Origin: Nemertoderma westbladi
Lineage: Eukaryota; Animalia; Xenacoelomorpha
Direction: 5' to 3'
Assembly (NCBI GenBank): GCA_032718475.1
Contig: JAUCBJ010001948.1
Span: forward strand, 52,999 to 116,998
DNA length: 64,000 nucleotides
Position 1 is the stretch's first letter, and every line of letters starts with the position of its first letter. A program made the position numbers and the translations under genes. This document shows positions 23,031 to 37,194 of this stretch, piece after piece. The notes beneath the pieces are model-generated. The model saw only the letters and a list, made by a program, of their open reading frames with translations. It ran no database searches and was not told the DNA's origin.

Positions 23031-25833
23031 CGGTCAGGGCCCTAAACCGATTAGGTTCTCTGTTCGCAGAACACCGAACACTATTCCGGCCACGGAACTA
23101 GTCCAGCAGAATGCCTTTATAGAATCCTGGGATTTGGGGGACGAGAGGATCTCAGCAACTAAGCGAAAACGAACAATAGGATGTTCCTAGACCCCCCCCC
23201 CAAAATTTATCCAGAAGACTTTTCGCCATACATAATGTGTTAAAAAAGTCTACGGTTCTCCGGCTAGGGCCAGTTTGAGTCAAAAAGTCTGCTTCCCTAG
23301 CAACCACGTTGCTATGGAGCTACAGCCAAAACGGCTAATGCTACGGAGTTGGGACCGGCGCCAATCGATAGGCAGCATATGGGTTTACATTCAAGGAGCT
23401 TTTTTTGGAGGTGTCAGATCATGATCTTGACCATGATCAGCAAAGATCAGTTTTGATCAGCAATCGGACACTCAAGGCTTGCTCCAATCGAAAAACTTAA
23501 CATTACAAAAAGATTCAGCGACCCCACATTAGTTATGATTCCCGTTAAAAAAATTTAAAAAAAGTGAAGTCTTCCCGATCAAAACGCAACATCCGGATTG
23601 CGCAAAGATCGGACTTCGTAAAATCGTAACTAAGCATTTTGGATATAAACAATTACTGTAGGAAACGTTCAGAACACCGCCCTGAGTCGATTAAAAAAAA
23701 AATTGGCTCGATCGGACAACTGGTTCTCGAGATCTGATACCTGATCATTAAAGATCAGATTTTTTAGTTTTTTTGGATGTTCTCGAAAACTTTGTTTGAG
23801 ACCCCCGATTTTTTTTTACGAATCGACTTCTATGGTGAAGGGGCAACTTTTGAGCATTTTGAAATTTTCAAAAAACGATTTGATCAGGCCGCGATCAGAA
23901 AAGATCGTGTTTTTGGTTTTATTTCAAAGACCAAGTCCTGGGAGTTCACCGTATGGAAAAACTTAACATCACAAAAAGATTCCTCACCCTCGAATTATGG
24001 GGGGGTAGCCAAAATTTGGGCATAAAAAAGTTCAAGTCTAGTGGGTCAAAACTCAAGATCATGATCGCGAAAAGATCAGTATATTTAAAATCGAATCTAA
24101 GCATTTTTATAATAAACATTCATTGTAAGAAATGTGCAATGGTCTATTCTGAGTTGATTAAAAAAAAATTGGCTCAATCGGGCAACCAGTTCTCGAGATC
24201 AGCTTCCTGATCATAAAAGATCGTGTTTTTCGGTTTTTCCCGATTTTCTCGAAAACTTTGTTTGAGACCCCCGACTTTTTTTTACTAATCGATTTCTATT
24301 AAGAAGGGGCAACTTTTGAGCATTTCAAAATTTTCAAAAAGCGATTTGATCAGGCCATGATCAGGAAAGATCATGTTTTCGGTTTTATTTCGAAGACCAA
24401 GTCCTGTGAGTTCACCGTATGAAAAAACTTAACATTACAAAAAGATTCCTCACCCTCGAATTAGGGGGGGTAGCCAAAATTTGACCATAAAAAAGTTCAA
24501 TTCTAGGGGGTCAAAAGATCATGATCGCAAAATGATCAGTGTTTTCGAAATTACTTCTGAGCATTTTGGGGCAAAACTTTCAAACTAAAAAACATTCACT
24601 GGAGTGTTCTAAGTAGATTAAAAAATTTTTTGACTCAATAGGCCTACCGGTACCGGAGATATGGTCGTCCAAAGTCTGCTTCCGGTAATTCGAAAATATT
24701 TCGAACACCCTTGATCGAATTTTTTCCTTGAAAATATGTGAATGTACAGTTAGTAGACCCGCATCTAACGATATATCACAATCCATATTTCGGATGACAG
24801 GTACCGGTGTAATAAGACTTTACCAAAAAAATTCAAATTTTTGCTACTCATGTCTGACTATCTCGAAAACTATAATAAGTATCGAAATACTTTCACTGCA
24901 AGAAATGTTCGCCTATCCAATGCGCTTTTAACTCTGTGCTCGGATTTTGCATAGTGTCAAAACCTACAACTTAACCCCCCCAGTGGAGGGAACGGAGTGA
25001 CCGGAGCGCCGGTACTATCTTTCATTATTATGAAGTAATAAGGGCGGTGGGTGGGGTAGGTGGTGAACACTATTTATAGGGTGGAGGGAGGGTCTAGTAT
25101 ATTACTTTAGGATATTTGATTTCTTTGCAATATAGTTTAGCTGCCTCAGTCTTATTTGTAATATGTTATACATTATACCAAATTATATCAAGTTTTAACA
25201 TACTACATTGTCTACCTGTAGGATAAATATACAATGTAGGGCTCATAATATATTTATAAATAGATTTAGTATAATTACATTGTATAACAGAGTTAATTAA
25301 TACTATTACGGTATTATACTAAAGACGCCGCTTTGATATATCTGATCAAATGGCAATTTCTGGTATATTATCTATTTCACTATCTTGGGTATATCATTCA
25401 ATTTCTAAAACTATAATAATAAACATTTACTTCACTTCTTGTTTACTCGGATGGATATAATAATATAAAATACGTCAGTATAATATCTTATAGGGCCAAA
25501 CGCAGATTAATCGGAATAATATGTTTAATTATTATTACAATTGGCACATTGAAGTAAGTAGTACATGAGTTTGATAAAATAATTATGAATCTGTATCTTA
25601 TTCTACTTTGCCTATATGATTATGTTATATAATAATGTTACTTTATCACTTTGGTTTAAACCGATCTCCTTTACTATTACTTACTACTTCTACTACTACT
25701 ACTACTACTACTATTACTACTACTACTACTGACTACTACAGAGTTATATATTATAAGAGGACGGGGTTTGTGATTATTAGTTATTATACAAGTGCCCCTC
25801 GGCTATAGAGAGTCCACCCTCGGTTGCTTACTG
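23031..25833. mobile_element. Non-coding 2.8-kb insertion (probable non-autonomous DNA transposon) in the last codons of element 2 pol
   Basis: Element 1 is contiguous across this site. GA is duplicated on both sides (23029-30, 25834-35). Interior has ~465-bp degenerate tandem units (AAAAACTTAACAT.ACAAAAAGATTC at ~23491, 23958, 24423) and a (TAC)n microsatellite at ~25670-25740. Confidence 0.75.
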
Positions 25834-28800
25834 GATGTTTGTTGGATTAGGGAGGTGGTCGTGGGAAGAGTATCTTGCCTTCCATAGTTTCCGGAGAGTT
25901 CTCTGTCTCTTTCCAGTAAACATAAACGACCAACTGGGCGATTGAGTTGCTGTGTCTCGAAGACAATTCCCGGTTTCTTAAAGTTACGTCGCATGACGAT
26001 GAGTTCTACTGATCGCACCAAACCATCATCCGAGATATGAGTCTCGATGATACGACCTGTCTGCCACCGCTTACGTGGAAGATCTGAATCCACAATAAGG
26101 ACCATGTCTCCGACGCTGACGTTTTCTTGCTGCGCAAACCACTTAGTTCGAAGTTGTAGCATAGGCAGATAATGTTTTTCGAAATGGTCAGCGAAACGAC
26201 GGGATAACAACTGCATAAATTGCCAAGTTTGCCGGCAGTATTTGTCTCCGTCCGTGATTTCCAATTGTGGGAGCATGGCTACAGGTTTCTTCAGTAGGAA
26301 GTGCGTGGGTGTTAGCGCTTCCAGGGAATCAGGACTCGATGAGACTGGCATAAGCGGTCTCTCGTTGAGATAGGCGGCGATTTACTCCATTAACGTCCGC
26401 AAAAGTTTGTCGGTGAGATACGCGCGGCACGGCACTATAAAGTGAAATGCGGTCTTCACGCTTCTGATTAATCTCTCCCAACTTCCTCCCCACCAAGGGG
26501 CGTCGGCGGCGTTGAAGGTCCAGCTAGACGTTGTTACCCTTAGCTGATCGTCCACCTGTCTTTGGTTCCAATCCTTGACATAAGCCTTGATTTCATTGTT
26601 GGCACCAATGAAGTTTGTTCCCTTATCAGATCTCATCGTGTTACTAGTTCCAAAGCGAGCGATCTGTCGGCGTAAGCTCAATATGAAGCTATTGGTAGAT
26701 AAATCGTTCACCATATCGAGATGGATAGCTCTACAAGTCATACAGACAAAGATGACACACCATCTCTTGACTATAGTCCTAGCACGATATACTTCAATAG
26801 GGCCAAATAAATCCACACCGGTATTAGTAAAGGGTGGTTCATAGAAGCTTACTCGTTCCCTAAGTAATTCTGCCTCTCGCTGTGTTAAAGGCCTACTGAA
26901 TGCTTTCCTACAGGGTATGCAGTTCCTAAGAACTTGGTTCAGAGCTCTACAGGGTTTATAATAATAATAGCGAGTTCGAATTTCGCTAAGAACTCGTTCT
27001 CTACCAGCATGATAAAGCTTACTGTGAACATCTACAATCATCTTGATTTGTATTTCAAGATTTCTAATGAGTATGGGAAACTTAGTGTCAAAGGATAATG
27101 GAGCATTAGTTAGTCTTCCTCCAACACGTATTAACCCATCTATCATTGTGCTAGAGAAACGATCCCTTAAGCGCATCTGTGGATTTCTCAACAACAGGAA
27201 ATACCTATCGGAATCCTCATAGCATTGCAGGAGTCTCAGTATCTGCTTATTGGTTTCTTCATGCTCCTGGTAACTGATCTTCTCCTTCAGAAACCTGTCG
27301 GATATCTTGTATTTGGGAAGATCTTTAACAACATGGACCTGCGCAGATGTCAGTGGAGCGTTATCACTAGTGGTCTTCGTCCTGGAGTAGTGATTATGAA
27401 AACATCGCTTTAAATATGTAACGGCCTTACAGAGCCGATTCCAGGAACTATAGTGATGTATCGCTCTCTGCAGGAGAGGTGAGAGTCCTTGCGAGATGTC
27501 TGGTATTCCAGATTTCCAATCTCTCTCTCTGATTTCCACAACAGACTTATTTGTGGCTGTGTGTTTCGGATCCAAAGCGTCGTCTCCGGAAGTGTGTAGT
27601 ACAGACAGATCTACCACGGGTTTAAATAACTTCGATTTACTCGCCCGAGTTTTAGGTTTGACTTTCTCCGCTCCCTTGGCCTGTCTAATCTCCGCCGTAG
27701 TAAGATGAGGAGGCCATTCATCCTCTTCTTTGCTTAGGAAGTCGGGTCTACCTAACCAGTCTGGAGTATCTATCAATTCTTGTGGAGTTGCTCCCCTGGA
27801 GGCGATGTCGGCTGGATTAATCGTTCCGGGGCAATGTCTCCATTGATCTATCTTCGTGCGACTAAGTATAATGGCTACTCTGTTGGTAACGAAGACGCTG
27901 AACTGACAGACTTCATTGGTTATATACTCCAACACGAGTAAAGCATCGGTCCAATAGACAGTTTTCTCCAGTGGATAGTCGATCTGTTCTGTTACATTCC
28001 GGCCGATGGCTGTAGCGTATAGAGCCGCTTTTAACTCCGCTCGAGGAACTTTCAACTTGTTGTTTATCAAGGCCTTAGAGGTAACCAAGGCGACCTTGAT
28101 TCCATCCGGAGTTTCAACTCTCAGGTAGGCTACTATACCTATTCCCATATTGCTGGCGTCTCCAAACACATGGAGTTGATAGGAATATGTAGGGAGAACA
28201 TGACCAAAATATGAACGGGAAATTATAAAGTTCTCGATGGACGGTAGAGAGGTGGTCTTCCCATTTCATCCACTTCTTTAGTAGTTCTCCCTTAAGTGGA
28301 TCGTCCCATGAGTGGTTTTCAAGCCACATTTGTTGTACTAAACTCCGAGCAATCAATATAACTGGGCTAATAAATCCCAATGGATCGAAATAAGTGCTCA
28401 GGATACTTAGACAAATCCGTTTAGTCCGAACTGGATTATCTCGCTGTTTTAGCTGGAAAAACAGGATATCTCTCTCTGTGTCCCACTTCAAACCAAGCGT
28501 CTTGGTTTCTGGAAGATCGTCCTTGATTAGGTCTAGATCTTTAACTCCTCGGTCTTCTACTGGGATCGATTCCAGAAACGCACGGGAGTTGCTGGTGAAT
28601 TTAGTTAATCGAAATCCACCTCTTTTCAAGCACTCTACCGTTCCTTTGGCGACATCAATGGCTTCTTCCACCGATGGGAGGGACTTCAAATTGTCGTCCA
28701 TGTATATATCCCATTTGATGTTGTCGATAACCTCTTTGGAGAAGGCGTCCCGGTTGTCATCAGCAGTGGTACGCACTACTGAGCAGGCGTTTGAAGGGCT

Positions 28801-31800
28801 CGAGATGATCCCAAAAGCCTGGATGGTCATCCAGTACTCCACCGGTTTCTGGTTGAGGTCTCCCTCAGGCCACCACAGAAATCGTAGGCTGTCTCGATCT
28901 CTATCCAGCGCCTTCACTTGTAAGAACATGCCTTCTATATCGGAGGCAAAAGCGATTGAATATTGTCGTAATCTTAAGAGTATTCCCAACAAGGATTGGA
29001 GTAAGTTGGGTCCTGGCAACAACTCGGAATTAAGGGATTGGCCCATGTAGAGGGCGGAGCCATCAAATACTACCCGGACTTGGTTGGGTTTACCGGGTTT
29101 GGGAACGTAATGATGTGTTAGATAGTACGTTCTCTCCGTTATGGGTGTTTCTTCCGGTACTCGCTCCGCATATCCCTTGTCAATAAATTTCTTCAACTGA
29201 GTCTTGTACATTTCCTTAGCTGAAGCATTTGCCGTAAGGCATCGATGTAGTTGCGCAATTCTTTTCTCCGCCAAGGGTCGGTTGTTTATAAATTTAGGTT
29301 CTTGCTTTCGAAAGGGCAGACCAATTTCATATCTACCTTGATCTTTAAGAAAACGTGTAGTTGTTTCCTGGATCTGCTTGGCTCTTTCTTCTTCTACCGA
29401 TAGGGCCTTATCGTAGGAATTGGGTTCTACAGCCTCTTGAGTAAAGAATCGTACGGCGTGTTCATCGCGAGTCTTCGCGTTGTAGCGATCTATCACTTCA
29501 TTCAGTTCGTCGTTGTATTCGACTTGTTCAGCTGGATGAATGAGGTGACATAGGTTCACTTGGTTTTGCCAAGTTTCGTTTTCCGTAAGGAGGTCTATGG
29601 TCTTCTCCTCGTCGAAGAGTTGGTGGATGTCGTCATTATCTGAGGAGTATGGTGTTCCCTCAGTTGTGTAGTCTACCTCACTGGACTCCTCTTCCCATTC
29701 ACTTACCTGGTAGACCCTTTCTTTGGGTAACCTTTCCATGAGAGTTCTACGGGAAGGGCCAGTAAAGTACCAACCTACTCTAGTTCTTCCCGCATAGGTT
29801 TGTAGTGGTTGCGGTTGAGCAGGCCATTTCTCCAATGTCTCAAGCGCCTCATGCGCATTTTGGCCGATGAGTATTTGCACTCCAGGGTAGTCTGTGTTGA
29901 ATCTAGGTATCTTATGCTGCTGGGTGAAATTGTCCTCATCCCAGTTATAAGGTTCCACTTGGCTGGTAGCGAAGTTCTTTATCGCCACCATTTTTACTGA
30001 CCTTATGCTGTGTTCTCCTAGTTCATCCTGGGGGGTGGACAACGCACCTACATAATAATCTGCAATTACTGTAGATTTCCAAACCTGCATAATTCCTGAC
30101 ATGTTTAACTTAGTTCGGAACTTGGGTTGTCCAGCAAAGATGTCTTCGGCTAGTTCTTTGTCGATGAATGTTCCTGTGCTACCGGAGTCAAGGAGGGCGT
30201 TCACTATATAACTCCTTTCAGGTCCGTGGACCCTCAACTGCACTACGGGAAATTCTCGGATTCCTACATTGGAAGTTGGTGCTTTCCAAGATGGTTGTCG
30301 GTCAGAAGTAGTTAGGGGGAACTCACTATCGGTTTCCTTTTCATACGTAATTGCTCGATACACACCGGTATTTATTAGGTAACAGGATTCGTTTTCGTCG
30401 GAGAATTCATCCGTATAGAATCCTTCCATCTCAGAACTTTGGTCAGTGTTGTTCACATCACTGAATTGGACATGTAGTTCGGACTCACTTACCTGACTCG
30501 GGCTGTTTCGTTCGAATTCAGTGTGCAACAAGATATGATGTTTCGCGCCGCACATTGCACACCTTGCGTCGGAGTAACAGGTTCGCCGTTGGTGTCCTTG
30601 TCTGAGGCAATTATAACACAACCACTTATCCCACATGACTTCACGTCTATCCTTTAGTGATTTCTTTAAAAATTTATCACACACACTTAAACAGTGGGGC
30701 CCGTCGCACAGCGCACATTTTGGTTTGATGTTACTCACCTTACCTTGGGTAACGTTGTGCACTCTCGTTCTTTCCTCGGGCTTTCTTCCGTGAACTCTAT
30801 TAGGAGACGTAGGAGGAGTTTTTGTTACCTGTTCTCTCCTGTCATTGGTTCGAGACTTAAATTTACTTACGTCTTTAGGCGCTTTATTGACATAGTAAGA
30901 TCTTTCAGTGTCTTTCCCGCTGTCCTCTTCTTGAGAAGCCTGGCTTTCGCCGTCGTCTGTATAACACACTGGTGTTACCTTTCTCCTAGAAACGGGTTTC
31001 TCACTTACCTTATTTTCCGGTGTCTTCTCTCTGGACTGCTTTAGGAGCTGTAATTTTACCTCTCCATCTAAGAATGACATGAGATCAGCCATGGTAGGGT
31101 CTCTTCGTTGTTGTTCCATCATATATAAGACTTTCTTGTCCCAGCGTGTACCTACTCCACCCTTTGGTAAAGTAGAGGCCACGGCTCCAATAACCATAGA
31201 ACTCTGATATTCATGAGACTTACCTAGCCAATCTAATTGTCAACAGATCTCCTGAATCTCATCGGAAAACTCTATAATCCCGCTGCTAATGAACTTTCGG
31301 GGCGCTACCAATTTTGCATACAAATACCTAGCTATGTTATTCCTATTACCATACCTGATGTTTAGTGTATCCCAAACTTGTCTTAATCCATCTGGATGTC
31401 CAATAAACTTTAATGCCATTAACTTGGGAGATCCTTCCAAGCACTCGATGAGGAATCTAAGTTTCTCTCCGTTAGATAGCACAGAGTTCTGTATGTTATC
31501 TTTATAATATTCATTAAAAGGTAACCATTTCATCTCATCTCCATTGAACTTGACGATCTCTCCAACCTTTACCGCTTGACGGGCTTCGGTTCTAGCCATT
31601 TGATGCGTAAAACTTTCTTGGGCCATAGTGTTATTTAATATCGAGTTATCGGTATATAAATTTCTCGGATTATGATCAGGTCTATATGGAATATCATTGT
31701 CAACAGGTTTATAATTACCCTTAATAGGGTTTACTATAGGAGTTTCTACTTCACTAGCAGTATAGATGCGTGTAGGCTCCACACCTTGCGCATGAAATAC

Positions 31801-34032
31801 ATCAGACCTAACAGGTTGACACATTGTTACAGGGGGTGGTGGTATACCCTTTTGTATATTTACTAATTTATCGCGTTCTAACGCGATATTCTGCTGCACT
31901 TCTTGCAACTCTAACCTACCCTCTCTGACTGCTCCCTTTAACTGCTGAACAGTCCCTTCCATCTCCCAGACCTGCTGAGAGGAACACAAACGGTGTTCCC
32001 TCAGCTGCCCGAGCAGGAGACCCATCTCCCGTCGTCCCTCATCCACCCACTCTACCGCCGAAGCGTGAGCCGCCAACATAGTAGCGGGTGGACGAGGGAC
32101 AACGGGCGACAAATCATGGATATTTCGCTCGGAGTCCAGGACAGGAACTGTCTCAGGGGCTGTTCTGTTGGGCACAGGTAGTTTAGTGCTGTGCAAAGGG
32201 AATTTAGAGGTAGGTTCTGGGAGTACAGGTGTCTCTATCACTGAAGGGGTGGATTCGAGAACAGGCCTGATTATTTCAGGCTCATCCACTATAGTAGGGA
32301 GTCTTTCGACTCTAATAATTTGGTCTGTGGGTTCTGTACTACCTAAGTTTGTGCTAGCTAGTTGCCTTCTAACAGCTGGGGGCAAATCAGGCAATTTCTG
32401 ATGGTGGGGCATTCTTCTACGCCCTCTTAGACGAGATATATTTCCTCCGCCTTCAGGATCTGTGGTATCGCCTTCATCAGATGATGTAAATCCCTGCCTT
32501 TTGGGAGTAGATCGACTTATCATCTGCATTTGACTAGCTGTTAACTGTTTATTTATGCAGTCTTGCTTCTCTTGAAGATTTTCCAACTCTAGTTGGGTGG
32601 TCTCTTCAGACGCTCTCCGTTCTGCTTCTGCCACTGCCTCTGCCGCTGCCACTGCCACTTTTCTTTCCGCTTCGGCCGCTGCCACTGCCGCTTTTCTTTC
32701 TGCTTCGGCCGCTGCCACTGCCACTTTTCTTTCCGCTTCTGCCGCTGCCACTGCCGCTGCCACTGCTGCTTTTCTTTCCGCTTCGGCCGCTGCCACTGCC
32801 GCTTTTCTTTCCGCTTCTGCCGCTGCCACTGCCGCTGCCGCTGCTGCTGTCTTTCTGTCTTCTATACGTTTTTTCTTTACCTGTTCTTCTTGGACCCTAG
32901 CGATGCGGAGTCTTTCATCAAATTTAGCTTGGTTCACAGCTAACATTTCCACATCTATTGCGTCCAACACAAGCTTGGCTCCTTCACTATTAGGGCGAAG
33001 TCCAGACAGCCATCTCCTCAACTCTTCGTCACCTAGAAATCGTTGATAGTCTGACAGATAGATGTCAATAGCGTCCCTCTTCTGCGGTTTCTCTGCTGTC
33101 GCTTCGCTTTCCACTTGAGAAAAGGTAGCGTCTGTTGATTCTCCGTGGGTGGTTGAGCGCTCAGCCAGCTGAAATTTCCACTGGGCCGTTCCTTGAACCT
33201 TGAGACTCACCCGCTGGAACCAAGTCTTTACGGCAACTTGCAACGACGTGTCTTGTCTTCTTTTCGAAGCTTCCTCAAAGGCCGATAGGATTAGTCTGAT
33301 TCTTAGAATTCTTTCTCGAACTTGATAAAGCAGCTCTCCCTGCTCTTGAGGTCCTTGGGTTTGTCGAAACAGTTGTTCCTCTAATCGCTCCAAAGAGCTG
33401 AAGAATCCCTGTACATATCCTGCTGCCGACCTCTTCCACACAGCTGGATCACTAGTGTCTTTTGTCACTCCCATCCTGTGTATGTCTTCCCAGGCAGCTT
33501 CCGATAAGTCAAACGGGAGTCCGGGTCCGGGGAAGTTCCATTGCGACTCGACAATAGACTTCAGTTCCTCCCTTGTGTATCCCGCATAACTGTCCTTGGT
33601 CGATCGCTTACTTCTCGCCCAATCAATTTGGTGTTCCTCCACCGCAATCAATACCCTAGTGAGTACGGCTGCAGGAAGAATGAGAAGGGGATCCGAATAA
33701 ACCGCATCTGCCATCTTTGCTCCGCGCTCGGGTGTCAGCTCTACAGTATCCGAACTACTGGAGCTATCGGGCCGCTGAGAAATAAGTTCTCGGCTAGGGT
33801 GTTGCTGCTGTTTGACAGCTGCTTCTTGATCCCGCTTGACTTGAGCCCGAGTGCCTATGATAGACCTACGGTGTTGGACTAGCCTAGGGTCTGATACTAC
33901 TACTGGAGGGATGATCTTTCTTACAGTAGGAGGTGAGTTGAACTTCGGTCTCAAACGTTCAGCACTCCTATCTGGGTCACAGATGGTTGTATCTAGGAGA
34001 CTGTCTGACAGGTTTTGCTTTGTGTCAGACAT
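25803..34032 (-). pseudogene. Bel/Pao gag-pol of element 2 (Gag, protease, RT, RNase H, integrase); two premature stops and one frameshift
   Basis: ORFs 31240-34032, 28114-31197, 26382-28169 and 25803-26351: LLDSGS, RVVFDGS, DIEGMFLQV, YMDDNL, FGDAS..RAEL..WTD..NPAD, HHCC plus GVDLFGP/SDKGTNF/WER integrase, VGDMVL..DGLVRSV tail. Confidence 0.92.
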
Positions 34033-36015
34033 GTTTGTTTGTACAGTTGAATGCCTACTGCTATATTACAGTTAAAGCAAGTCTAGTAATTCAGTATCAA
34101 CTGTTAAGCCTAGTAATTAATTACCGATATCGCTACTCAGTGTAACGTGATATATATACACAATATATTAGAATACCAGTATACACTTATAGTATATATA
34201 TAAGTATTATTACAGACTAGGTTTGTCACAGAATACCGGTATATAATTTCAGCACAAATATATAGAAATATATAATAAGCCTATCGTGAATACCGGTATA
34301 CAGCTTACACTTATAATGTATATATAAGTATAATTAAAGACTAGAATTAATTACAGAATACCGGTATATAATTTCAGCTTAAATTTATAGAAATAAATAT
34401 AATAAGCCTATTGTAAATAACGGTATGTCAATTATTTTAGAATAATTGAATTTCTGAATTTTAGGGGTTACTTGGTTAACTTTACTTTACTTTATTACCG
34501 TTATTTAAGCAGTAGTCCAACTGATATTAAGACCTAATTGTTGTATGACAGGCCTACTATTTTATAAATCGGTTTGAGTTGATTTATAATATATATACCC
34601 GTTTAATGGGTTTTGTCTCAATATTTGAAATAAATGTTATTATTTCTGGGAAGGAGTCACTACACAGAAGCTGTACGCTCTCAGTGAAGTGCTACTTGTT
34701 GGACACTAAAACAAATAATTCTAATTTGCCTAAGTTACTTATTACTACAAATTATGTACAATACGGGATGAGATTACAATCTCTAAATAAACACAAAAAT
34801 TACACGTACGAATTTTAGGGGTAATTTTACAAGAAGTCTACAAACCAGCCTAACAAGGGGTTAGAATTTCTGGTTATTACAACGGACAAGATACTACGGT
34901 ATTTGAAAGTAATAAAGCAGTAGTAAATATACTGCGTTGTCCAGATAGGAAAAATACCACCGTCTGACGACTTATAGCCGTAGCGCTATAAGTACTACGT
35001 TATGTACACGGAGTGTTCCTACCTAGAAGTTAATTACCGCGGCCTACCAGAGCCAACGTGCCTATTAACCACTTTACAACACCAATATACTGCCTACACA
35101 CTAATTACGTTCGGAAAGCACTGTACACTAAACACTAAATTAGGTACAAGTACTTATACAACAAATAACCAGCAGTTAAAAATACTTGTACAGCTAAAAG
35201 AACCACGGTATCTGCCGGAGTGACCAAAGCATAAAATCTCCAGTCTTTACCTACGCCAAACAGCCCTGATGTAGTACCGGGGTTAATTGAACTATAACGG
35301 TATATATAACAAGCACAATTACTGTAGGAATAAACTTGGGGGTATGTATGTTGCGAATAATCGCATAAACTCTGAATAATAAATATTACGCTACCCGTAC
35401 AGACTACACAAACAAAATACAAACCAAATGCTGGCAGACTACTATCAAGCCTAAATAAACTACAGTATATGCAGACTCTGAAATGGTTAGTTAGTATGCG
35501 TTCTAACTGAGTAGTACGACTTATTCTTTCAGGGGGGATTTACCTTACAGCACTGGATGCCCACCACGTTCCTAACTAGTACTTTATCGGACATACACTC
35601 TACACACACTGCAATCTCTTCAGACTTAACAACAGTCAGACAACAGTCCAGCCTACAAATTACCTGTACAATCTGGGCAGGCTTACACGCCTTCTGCTCA
35701 ACATTAACTTACAGGTAAATAAAACTGACAGAAATAAGTAAAATCCCAATAAAAACCAGGGCGGGCCCTCCCTGATTAAATATCAAGACCTACCGGTATA
35801 TAATTATCAAAATCGAATAATACTGATGTACCTGTACTGCTGTAAGTACCGGTTCGGGTGGTTAGGTAGTCAGGCCTACTGGTTACCGGTCGACCGGTAC
35901 TTTTACCTTTATTGCCTACGTTGCAATAAAGAAGCAATAACTGTTATTGTTCTTACCAGAACAATAGTAAACTGTATTTATGGCCTACACTGCAATCAGA
36001 AGATATAACTGTTAT

Positions 36016-37194
36016 TGTTCGCGCTTTTAGACCTTTAGCAGTTTAACCTGCCAAATTTAGGTGTCTTCTAGATTATAAATCGACTTTAGCCTATGACAAG
36101 TATTTGATACACATAAAACTACATTAGCCGAAGCCAGCCTATGCGCGACCATTCACCCACTGGATTTACCCGGGAGAGTGGATTCGGAAGCTCTGACCTT
36201 ATTGCGGTGTAGGTCTACTGTACTATTCGATTGATCGTTAATATATAATCTCTGACAAATATTATTCACTTTCGGGAAATATTAACAGTTCCTTTAGGAC
36301 GTGGCGCTCTAAGTATGTAAACAGAGTTATGACTTACACTAAACACAATGGGATGGCTATTGATTCACGTATAAAGCGCATTCTTTAGGAGATGCTTTGT
36401 TATCTGTCACATTCATGCACACTACCGCACAATGCTGCACACTGATCTGCCGACCTTCACTAAATTTTATCATATATAAGGAGAACAGCAACTGACACAT
36501 GTAGGGCCTATGAAATAGCATTCAATTCACTCCAAAACCACTATAATGTAAGTCGCAATTGCTATATTAACCGGTCTCTCTAACCTTCAGTATATCAAGA
36601 AGATTGGGGTTTTCTGATTATTTATCGATATTCTCCAAATATAACAATATTCCATCAACTGATACAATTAATAACCGACAGTAAATAGCAGTAAAACAAT
36701 GCGGTGAAAGATTGAGTTTATTTGCTATGAGTCTGCTTTGTGGTTTGATAACAGTTATACGTTTCTATGATCAAAGCCGTTCTAATGTTTGGCTAAAGTC
36801 TGAAACACAGAATAATTCCACAGCCGATGTTCTATGCTTAGGAAAAAAGGTAAACAAAGACCATAATGCATTGCGCGATTTCCCGGAGGTTTCTGTACAA
36901 ATAAAATGAAAATCGCTCTGATTGGTCTACCGAACAAAGAACAAAGAAAAAGTTACACGTGGACATATCAGCTGATAGATGTCGTCATCTGAACTACACT
37001 GTATCAAGAGTATTTTGGCGTATTGCGACATAAAATCGCTAGTTATGTCCGCTAAAGTACACATACAGAAGAAATGGCTTTTTATGTCCACTAAAACACC
37101 TGTACAGTAAGGAAACGGCTTTTTATGTCCGCTAAAACACCTACAGAGTTCTTTGCGGGGAAAATAACTAGCTAGATCCGCAAAAGCTTTTACA
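36016..37194 (-). repeat. 5' LTR of element 2 (1179 bp)
   Basis: Minus strand TGTAAAAGCTTTTGCGGAT...AAAAGCGCGAACA; homologous to but clearly diverged from the element 1 LTRs. Confidence 0.88.

Larger units (their letters stand above)
19436..37194 (-). mobile_element. Bel/Pao LTR retrotransposon, element 2 (full gag-pol, extra ORF3, truncated 3' LTR, 2.8-kb nested insertion); same family as element 1
   Basis: 5' LTR 36016-37194; 3' LTR remnant 19436-19665; colinear homology with element 1 in leader, gag, post-pol region and ORF3 flanks; complete PR-RT-RH-IN motif order. Confidence 0.92.

Noticed and set aside
32593-33046. Cys-rich and Ala-rich ORFs on the plus strand
   Set aside because: Antisense shadows of the Gag alanine repeat.
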